A DNA stretch of 43,561 nt from Octopus bimaculoides (taxonomy: Eukaryota). Below are positions 34,945 to 43,561 of the stretch, piece after piece. The notes below the pieces were generated by a model that saw only the letters and a list, made by a program, of their open reading frames with translations, was not told the origin of the DNA and ran no database searches. The position numbers and the translations under genes were made by a program. The stretch's first letter is position 1; every line of letters starts with the position of its first letter. Where the stretch lies: NCBI RefSeq assembly GCF_001194135.2, contig NC_068985.1:43759169-43802729 (forward strand), read 5' to 3'.

Positions 34945-34986
<42 letters not shown>

Positions 34987-35088
34987 CAAACATCAGGTGA
35001 AATGGACGTCTATGTATGTGTGTGTGAGAGAGAGGGGGAGAGACAGAGACAGAGAAAATGAGAGAGTGATATCTAAGTGGCACACACT

Positions 35089-35130
<42 letters not shown>

Positions 35131-35394
35131 CGTAAACACACACACGTACATAAATGTATACAAACGTACATAAATGTATACAAACGTACATACAAAAACA
35201 TACGTGTGCGTGTATGACTGACTGAAAACGGCGCGCAAAAAGTAAATAAATAGAAAAAAGTTTGGGATGCCCCATGTTGAATTGCAAAATTCTAATGTGA
35301 TATTTATGTAATAACGAAACCAAACCTTGAGACAGTGTGTGCGTGTATGTGTGTGTGTGTGTGTATGTGTATGTGTGTGTGAGGGAGAGAGAGG

Positions 35395-35430
<36 letters not shown>
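34926..35430. repeat. Compound (CA)/(GA)/(CT)/(GT) microsatellite region
   Basis: Directly visible; includes a 20-bp tandem duplication ACGTACATAAATGTATACAA. Confidence 0.9.
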
Positions 35431-35434
<4 letters not shown>

Positions 35435-35510
35435 AAGAACCGTGCAAACAACGAATGAAATAAACATGAAATGAAAAAAATCGTATACTTAAAAGCTCGT
35501 TAAAAACTAC

Positions 35511-35612
35511 CTTGTACCGAATATTTAAATTTGTGGACTTAGTAAATATTTCTTTCGGTAATTTATCGCAGTTGTTTGCAAAGAGCGAATTAAAAACTTC
35601 AAATGAAAACAT
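35511..35612 (-). CDS. Candidate first coding exon (MFSFEVFNSLFANNCDKLPKEIFTKSTNLNIRYK)
   Basis: ATG about 60 bp from an ETS motif, 34 open codons and an AAG|GTAGTT donor. Weak Kozak context; no homologue recognised. Confidence 0.25.
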
Positions 35613-35673
35613 TAAAATAGTAAGTGAGAGGTTTCGCAAATGAAAACGAAAACTTCGCCGTTGTTACGTCCAT

Positions 35674-35682
35674 ACCGGAAGT
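35674..35682. promoter_or_regulatory. Perfect ETS-class motif ACCGGAAGT in a CpG-containing unique patch (possible promoter)
   Basis: Sequence match to the class I ETS consensus; function is inferred. Confidence 0.35.
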
Positions 35683-35852
35683 TGACATTGAGAAACCTTT
35701 TTAAAGAAGCGAATCATATATATAAAACAATATTATTTATTTTTAATTTAAAAAAAACAAAAACTGAAGACCCTATTATGTATCCGAGGTCAAATTATTC
35801 ATGCATTCTAAGTATGGAAGCAATTCGCGCAGCGGTTTTTGTGTGAAAAGCG

Positions 35853-35917
<65 letters not shown>

Positions 35918-35926
35918 GCACACACG
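35853..35926. repeat. (CA)n microsatellite
   Basis: Directly visible. Confidence 0.97.
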
Positions 35927-35975
35927 CTTAATCAACGACTTCAAATTGTTCTCGAGGGCGTATGTTGTATACGAG

Positions 35976-36350
35976 GGAGTCTACAGTAAATGTGGAGCTT
36001 CCTCCATTGGGAGCACCACAAGGATTTGCATGTTCGAATCAAAGAACATGCGTGCACAGACACTTCAATAAAATAAAAAACACCAACGGAAGTGCCAGAC
36101 CCAGAATTTCAAGGTATCCATCAGGGCCACTGAACGCAACAGAGAAAAACTCAGTATCATGGAAGCCCTCCTATCTAATAAACTAAGACCGGCCATAAAC
36201 AACAGATAAATGCTACACGAAGCTGAATGGTTACTATAGCAACACCAGTCTGTATGTAACCTTCCTCCCCAACACATCTGAGCAATGACCTTTTTCCATC
36301 TCTTGCTTTTCCACATGTCCTGAGAAAGAGGTAATAGTCACGAAATATAG
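35976..36350 (+). mobile_element. Penelope-like element 3' fragment (GIY-YIG endonuclease remnant plus terminal repeat)
   Basis: GVYSKCGASSIGSTTR/LHVRIKEH and FKVSIRATERNREKLSIMEALLSNKLRPAINNR*, followed by degenerate CTGA..GAAA at 36320-36345. Confidence 0.75.
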
Positions 36351-36807
36351 AAATATAAGGTAAAACGACAACTTTGGTTAGTTTTTTTTTATAGTTTACT
36401 TTATATATTCCTGCATTGTTCCAACCTTACCTATCAAGTCTCTTTAATGTAATATCACACAATGCTTCACCAAAACCACTTTCTCTCTCTCTTTCTCTAT
36501 GTATGTGTGTATATATATATTCTCTCGCATGATAAGAGCATATGTCATTAATCTAGTGACAAAGCTTGTTTTGTTTGATTTTCTAAACGGATTTTGAATA
36601 TTGATAGTAGGTATATATTTTTTAAAGTATACATTATATTTACACAACTATGAATATACTGTATGCATAATTTATATAGCGTACACACACATACGCACAC
36701 GAAACCTCCAATATACAAATTCTCGACAGCAAATACTGACCAACATATATTCATTATTCATAAGCTCATGTTCCTCAACATTTTGATAGTAGTAAAAAAA
36801 AGCCAAC

Positions 36808-36930
36808 CTATAAGAGTGTTGCCACTCTGACCAGAGAAACCTTTATAACCATATCCTTTATAGCCATGTCCATGCATAATGCTTACACATTCCCTTTCCT
36901 TAGAAGTGATTGTCCCTTGTACTATAACTA
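36808..36930 (-). CDS. Candidate 123-nt phase 1-1 exon (G/Y/H-rich)
   Basis: CTAAC branch motif, pyrimidine tract and TAG acceptor. Open frame VIVQGTITSKERECVSIMHGHGYKGYGYKGFSGQSGNTLI. Donor AG|GTTGGC is weak. Confidence 0.25.
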
Positions 36931-39389
36931 CTAGATAAGAGACAATAAAATCAGAGACAGTTAGAATTTCTGCCTAGAACCAATTACTAGCCTGATAGCC
37001 TTGGCTATGTCAAGATGGATTTTTATGTATTCTTCTTCTCACTTGGATTTGAAATGTTGCCACAATTATAATATGTCTATTCTACTGTAATTTTCTGCAT
37101 TTTCGTGCAGCTGAAGATTGCTCTACATATTGCATTTAATGTAATGCTCGCATTACTTAAATAAATGGAGTAGCATGAAACGTGCGTACTGCAATCATCT
37201 TTAAAATCTGTGTTGCTTATTTTGATTTTTTGATCACCTCGTTTTTGGAATGGTTTTTGTATAATACCATACCATACTATNNNNNNNNNNNNNNNNNNNN
37301 NNNNNNNNNNNNNNNNNNNNNNNNNNNNNNNNNNNNNNNNNNNNNNNNNNNNNNNNNNNNNNNNNNNNNNNNNNNNNNNNNNNNNNNNNNNNNNNNNNNN
37401 NNNNNNNNNNNNNNNNNNNNNNNNNNNNNNNNNNNNNNNNNNNNNNNNNNNNNNNNNNNNNNNNNNNNNNNNNNNNNNNNNNNNNNNNNNNNNNNNNNNN
37501 NNNNNNNNNNNNNNNNNNNNNNNNNNNNNNNNNNNNNNNNNNNNNNNNNNNNNNNNNNNNNNNNNNNNNNNNNNNNNNNNNNNNNNNNNNNNNNNNNNNN
37601 NNNNNNNNNNNNNNNNNNNNNNNNNNNNNNNNNNNNNNNNNNNNNNNNNNNNNNNNNNNNNNNNNNNNNNNNNNNNNNNNNNNNNNNNNNNNNNNNNNNN
37701 NNNNNNNNNNNNNNNNNNNNNNNNNNNNNNNNNNNNNNNNNNNNNNNNNNNNNNNNNNNNNNNNNNNNNNNNNNNNNNNNNNNNNNNNNNNNNNNNNNNN
37801 NNNNNNNNNNNNNNNNNNNNNNNNNNNNNNNNNNNNNNNNNNNNNNNNNNNNNNNNNNNNNNNNNNNNNNNNNNNNNNNNNNNNNNNNNNNNNNNNNNNN
37901 NNNNNNNNNNNNNNNNNNNNNNNNATATATATATATATATACATACATATGTATACAGACACACACACGACAAAGAACCTAACAATTAAGTCCCTGGCGA
38001 TGTAGTGAATGAATAATATTGACTTAAAACTTTGGTTTTATTCAGTATTAAGTGACAGGACAATTAAATTTGCTATTGTTCAGGGAAACACTCGATAAAG
38101 ATGTTCCAAGCGTCATGATCGGGAATTAACAACTACACTGAATGGGAGCACAAAAGCAGATTTGTTTGAACAAAAACAGTAGGTCTATGAAGACGCGTTT
38201 GAACAAAAGTATACAGTAACCTTACAATAATTGGCAACTCCTCCGACCAATGACCGTCACTATATAGTTAATACGACACGAACTTGCTTTATTTCACAAT
38301 GCGTGTCAAAAGTTCAACATTTTTCGTGGAGAAAAAGGTTATTGGTAGCACACTTCTCTGTGTGTCTCTTAAGAGCATCAGAGTCAGAGCATTAATTTAG
38401 CAGTCCCTACTACCCCTTCCACCAAATCCCATTTCCCAAGACTATCTAAACATGCGTAGCGTCGTTAATAAGAGCCCCTTGTTTTCCTTTCTCTGCTTAG
38501 CATTAATTGTCGTCATTCGTCTTTTTCTCCTTCTTCCAGTTCCATGCTCTTGTTTACTGTGGGTGAAACTATTGCAGTCGTGATATCAGCTTAATCCCGC
38601 CAATGAAAATACTTTAAATTACCACTGTGACTGGAATATAAAATTAAGTAAATAAACACAGATAATTACTAATATTCTTCATGTTCTTCGATTTAATTTT
38701 CTTTTTTGTGTGCCAAACTGTATTCGTATTCATTAAGTGAACTTGCGTATGTACGTAACTTTGTGTATAAACGTCCGGTTTACGCATTAATGTTCGTGTG
38801 TCAACGTGACTTTGTGTATAGATGTGTGTTTGTGTACAAACGTGTTTGAATGGAAGAAAATATCTGTGTTCTAATGTAGTTTTTGTTTCTGTATATTAAA
38901 TACGGAACCAATGTTGCAGTGACTGTAATAAAGAGTCAAACGTAACAATTACTCCCTATGAGACAAAGGTTGGACATACTACGCTGGTTAGGGTTTATTG
39001 AAGGGTCACAATTCAATCTGTCGCTGATCGTGTTTCATTGTTAATGAATGAATGCTGTTAACCCATGTGTGACAACCATGGCTATAACTTTGTTACTGAA
39101 CAATAGTCTAGTTGTATGTAAGTGTGTAATAGATGGCGAAGGTTTGAGTAATAAATTATATTATAAAATACAACAAAGTAACGGTAGTTACATAGTTGAG
39201 TAGTCTAACCTATTAGTTTCCTCCGAGTCACAGGTTCGAATCTCGCTGTTAACGATGTGCTTGAGTGCGTTGCATTGTAATGTTAACGTTCAAGTTCCCG
39301 GTGCGTGAATCTGTAACGAAAGTTTAATAAGTGCATAATTGTAGAGAGAGGATGGGGTGGAACATAGCCCCACCACCACCACCTCTAAA

Positions 39390-39595
39390 ATGCGTGTCCT
39401 ATAGCTCAACGGACAAAATGGCTTTCGGTATTAATTTCTTCTGGCTTTTTACGTTCTGAGTTCAAATCTCACTGGGGTCTATTTTGCTTTTCATCACTCC
39501 GTCTCTCCGTGGTAAGTAAAATAAAACACCAGCCAAATACTTGTATCGGAGTTTCGACTTAACCACTTCCTTTGTATTTAAAATGGAAGCAATTA
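39390..39595 (+). mobile_element. Highly degenerate SINE S1
   Basis: TTTACGTTCTGAGTTCAAAT..GGGGTCTATTTTGCTTTTCATC. Confidence 0.55.
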
Positions 39596-40397
39596 TTACA
39601 TTTAAAAACTAAAATTTATAAAAATCACATAGATTTGCTTCAAATCGATATACAAGAGAAAGAAATTAGTATTTCAGACTTACTAAGAAAGTGACAACTA
39701 GAGAATGCAGTATAATATTGACTTTATTACAGGAAGTAGATCTTTAAAAGGCGGTAATTTCCTATAATTGACAGCTAATTTTTTTTTGTTTACCATAAAA
39801 TTAGTAAATAAACTATTATACTCATGAGACGGATGTTAATAGAAGATCAGCGAACTTTCGGAATTGCTATCACTTTTTCATAGAGACGGAAAAGGGTAAG
39901 GAATTAGATAATTGCTTCCTTCTATGAAAGAATTTTATTACCCGAAACATTTAATTTTCAACATTTTTTGCCCCCCAATTTCATGCCATTTTCCGGTAAA
40001 TTTTTACTGGAATTTTTTCTACTAAGTAGTGATAACTATTTCCGAAAGTTCGCCAATCAATTGTTAAAACTGTCTCACTAGTGTATTTACTAACCCTTTA
40101 GTAAAAAAAAAAAAAAAAAAAATCGGTTGTCGATAATAGAAAAGCATCTAAAAGATTTCAGGTGAAATGTGGTATACGCAATCGAGGCAGTATTTAATTA
40201 AAATAGCCTTTTATATAGAAAAGTAATATATACGCACTGTCGAAAGGCCAGTTACTTCAGAATTTGACCTGAGATAGTATCTCTAATGAATTTGCTGCGT
40301 TAAAAACTCAATAAATATCTGAGGGAGACGAAAATTCGTCCCTGATATTTACTGTGTTTTGAACAAAGAAAATCAATGAGAGATGTTATAGCAGAAC

Positions 40398-40747
40398 AGG
40401 GTAAAGGGTAAAGAACCCCTTCGGTCATAAATGACCGTGGAATTGCACCTTGAGAGTTCTCTTCCGAGGCACAAGTCCGGGCAAAGTTGTTTATGGAAGA
40501 CTGGCAGTCGCTCATGCATACGAGCCTCCCTTCTCTACGCCACTGATGTTATCCAAGGGAAAGATAAAGGCTGATACAACTTGGCACCAGTAATGACATT
40601 GCAACTCATTTCTACAATGGATTGAACTGGAACAACGTGAAATAAAGTGTCTTGCTCAAGAACACAACATACACCCAGGTTCAGGAATCGAACTCACTAC
40701 CTCATGATTGTGAGCCCAATGCTCTAACCACTGAGTCACGTGCCTTC
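40398..40747 (-). mobile_element. tRNA-derived SINE S3 with (CTTTACC)n tail
   Basis: Head GAAGGCACGTGACTCAGTGGTTAGAGC..GAGTTCGATTCC (A/B boxes), TTCTTGAGCAAGACACTT central block and short tandem tail. Confidence 0.85.
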
Positions 40748-40792
40748 AGGACAAATGCTGCAATAACTAGTGTGTATACATTAAGTTTCTGT

Positions 40793-41175
40793 GGAGGCGC
40801 AATGGCCCAGTGGTTAGGGCAGCAGACTCGCGGTCATAGGATCGCAGTTTCGATTCCCAGACCGGGCGTTGTGAGTGTTTATTGAGTGAAAACACCTAAA
40901 GCTCCACGAGGCTCCGGCAGGGGATGCTGGCGAACCCTGCTGTACTCTTTCTGTAACTCTTTCTTCCTGTTTCTGTTGTACCTGTATTTCCATGGGCCAG
41001 CCTTGTCACACTGTGTCACGCTGAATATCCCCGAGAACTACGTTAAGTGTACACGTGTCTGTGGAGAGCTCAGCCACTTGCACGTTAATTTTACGAACAG
41101 GCTGTTCCGTTGATCGGATCAACTGGAACCCTCGACGTCGTAAGCGACGGAGTGCCAAAAAAAAACAAAAAAACA
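40793..41175 (+). mobile_element. tRNA-derived SINE S4
   Basis: GGAGGCGCAATGGCCCAGTGGTTAGGG..GTTTCGATTCC (A/B boxes) and A-rich tail. Confidence 0.85.
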
Positions 41176-41386
41176 TTAAGTTTTTATATAGATGGCTATA
41201 TGAAATCATTTAAGCTACGATGGCGAATTGTATTGTAAAGCTTCATTGTCATTTTTTTTACTCAGTGACAATGGATGGCCTTTATATTTTTCCCAGTGAA
41301 CGGAGCAGGAAGTGGTGGATTGATATCTTAAATGATAACCAATAATGGGAATCAGAATGTAAAGGGACATAACTAAATACATACAC

Positions 41387-41784
41387 AGGCGCAAACATGG
41401 TTGTTTGGTTAAGAAGCTCGCTTTGTAGCCACGTAGTTTACATTCAGTCCCACTGCGGGGTATCTGGATAAATATCTGCTTCTATAACCTCGGGCAGGTC
41501 GGCCAATACCTTGCGAACTACTTTGGTAAGCGGAAACAGTATGAAAGCTTGTCATATAAATATGTATGTTTGTATGTATGTATGTATGTATGTTTGTCCC
41601 ACCCATCACTTGATAACCGGGGTTGGTTTATTCACGTCCCCGTAACTTAGCAGTTCGGCATAAGAGACCGATAGAATAAGTACTAAATTTTAAAATTAAG
41701 GACAAGAGTCGATTTGTTCCACCAAAACCCTTCCAAGAGTGCTACAGCATGGCCGCAGTCCAGTGACTGAAACAAGTAAATGAT
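41387..41784 (+). mobile_element. Full SINE S2 (head, internal TATG microsatellite, tail)
   Basis: Collinear with the other S2 heads and tails in the window. Confidence 0.85.
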
Positions 41785-41853
41785 ACATGTAGTCCGGCAC
41801 TTTACCAGTTCAGTCATTCTCTGAAATATATTAAAATGTTTTTTTCTTTTGTA

Positions 41854-41895
<42 letters not shown>

Positions 41896-42500
41896 GGGTA
41901 CATAAAGTGACTTCAGATTTGAACCCGTGTGATTCACTCTCGTTGAGGATCAACGTGCTATGTATGGAGCAAGCCCCCACGTGATGGCTCGACCTGCTAG
42001 AAATAGCTATGTGCCTCACATCGGACTCTGCTATCGTCTTCATTTCCGAGAGGACACATTAGATAATGTAGTAGTTACTGATATACAGGCTAGATGGTCA
42101 CGACTTTAATAGGTTTACTCCACCACAGCTACCATCACCACCACCACCGCCACCGTTGTCGTCATCATCGGTATAATTTCAGTTCAAAATTAACCCAACC
42201 TTTACATCTCTAAAATTGAGGTGATGCCTTTTTCTTTAATTTATTTTAGAAAAAAAATGTTGGAAGACTTATCTTTAATCCTCATCGCTTATGTTATACC
42301 TCATCATTTTCTTTCAAACTTCACTTGTGAGGAGAGTATTGGAATCTGTCCTGTAAGCTAGCGAAATACTCGTCGTAGTGAAAGTATACTCAACGCTTAC
42401 TTCTTATGTCGTCCGTAACAGAACACTAGTCATGAACCCCTTAGTCATCAGTTCGATAACTAAATCCTTTCGGTAAAATATGAATGTCTGAAATTTGTCT

Positions 42501-42660
42501 CAGTGGCGTAACTAGAGTGTATGCCACTCGGGCCAGCCTTGAGTTTGCCGTATCCCTCCGCTTCCCATACAGGCTTATACAGTAGGCCTCAAAATGCTGC
42601 CCCTTTAAAAGCATCGCCCAAGGTGGACCGCCTCCTCGCCAACCCCCAGCTACAATACTG
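42501..42660 (+). mobile_element. hAT-family MITE (160 bp)
   Basis: Left end CAGTGGCGTAACTAG, right end CCAGCTACAATACTG (imperfect TIR), and 8-bp TSD ATTTGTCT/ATTTGCCC (6/8). Confidence 0.7.
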
Positions 42661-43561
42661 ATTTGCCCTTTAAGTAGTGAGTTCCTTAGAATCACAACTA
42701 GCTGATTCCGTAATTCAGTTTCAGTTTCCAACATTTAACCATTTTACTTCACTTACATCGCTAAATATAAAATGTCATACAATCTTCTTTTACTTTCAGT
42801 TTCTCTCATGTCTGTCATGTCCTTGTAAGTAAGCGAATATGTATCTACAGAATTTTATTTTTCCTAAACTACTTACTCCATTCTTAACGTTTCTTCCTTT
42901 TTTCCTGCTTTATCTCCAGTTTTAAAATTCCTCTGTCCTAAACTCTCTTATCTCTAGACCGATATTTCAATCAATAACTACATTCTTTTCGCTTTAAACT
43001 ATCACGCATCTGGTAGATTAAAGTTACCCACACAACGGAGACGATCTAGCCTGACATATAAGCGCGCACACACACACATACGCGCGCGCGCAATTTCTGT
43101 CGCCCTCTCCCCACCCTCTCTCTCTTCTGCTCTCTCAAGTGGACGCACGCAAGTACTCAAATGAATCCGATTTGTTATTTTGGTAAAACTTCAATCACCG
43201 TGAGAAGATGGAAACAGTTTTAACATCGGACGAAAGTATATTTGATCGGATGCATTAAGTGCAGAGGAAACTAGCCCTGCTTGTAGTGTGCAATGAAAGA
43301 ATTCTTTAAGCTGGCTGGGATGACGGCATTACGTGAGATAGTTGAGAAACATGGGAAGGTTCAGTACTTGATATAAACGACTTTCATCGCTATTCTGTCT
43401 GAGCTGTGCGGATTATTGTAGCTGCACACAGAACAAGTGTAAATTTAATTCCATTTTGATTAAAAACAGAACTTTTTTTAATGAAAATGGAGAATGTGAT
43501 TATAATGTTCCGAATTACATCGATATTTTGATAATTTTATTGTTTATTTATGATATTGTTC

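Noticed and set aside
36431-36500. Minus-strand exon ending at a strong AG|GTAAGG donor (SGFGEALCDITLKRLD)
   Set aside because: Upstream sequence is a purine-rich (GA)n tract with no credible acceptor.
40700-40870. tRNA genes at SINE heads
   Set aside because: A/B boxes are present but run into SINE bodies and are repeated across the window; no convincing cloverleaf.
28298-41992. Exact 15-mer CACGTGATGGCTCGA at 28298 and 41978
   Set aside because: About one such match is expected by chance in 43 kb, and the flanks do not extend.

Overview
AT-rich eukaryotic scaffold with many N-gaps and dense microsatellites. The SINE families and repeat style suggest an octopus/cephalopod genome (inference from recalled repeat families). 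No intact, recognisable host protein-coding gene is visible, and most long ORFs in the track are gap or microsatellite artefacts. The window holds two decayed Helitrons, a Tc1 remnant, CR1/L2-type LINE fragments, Penelope-like fragments with hammerhead-like motifs, a hAT MITE and more than a dozen tRNA-derived SINE copies. The most striking structure is at about 4.9-13.3 kb: three Tx1/L1-clade elements on the minus strand, all 5'-intact and joined flush head-to-tail. Element C has ORF1 plus EN/RT ORF2. Elements A and B (1.5-1.7 kb) carry only an ORF1 homologue extended by an unrecognised C-terminal domain of about 90 aa, and share 5' and 3' terminal motifs with C. Weak candidate host exons and an ETS-type promoter motif are reported at low confidence.
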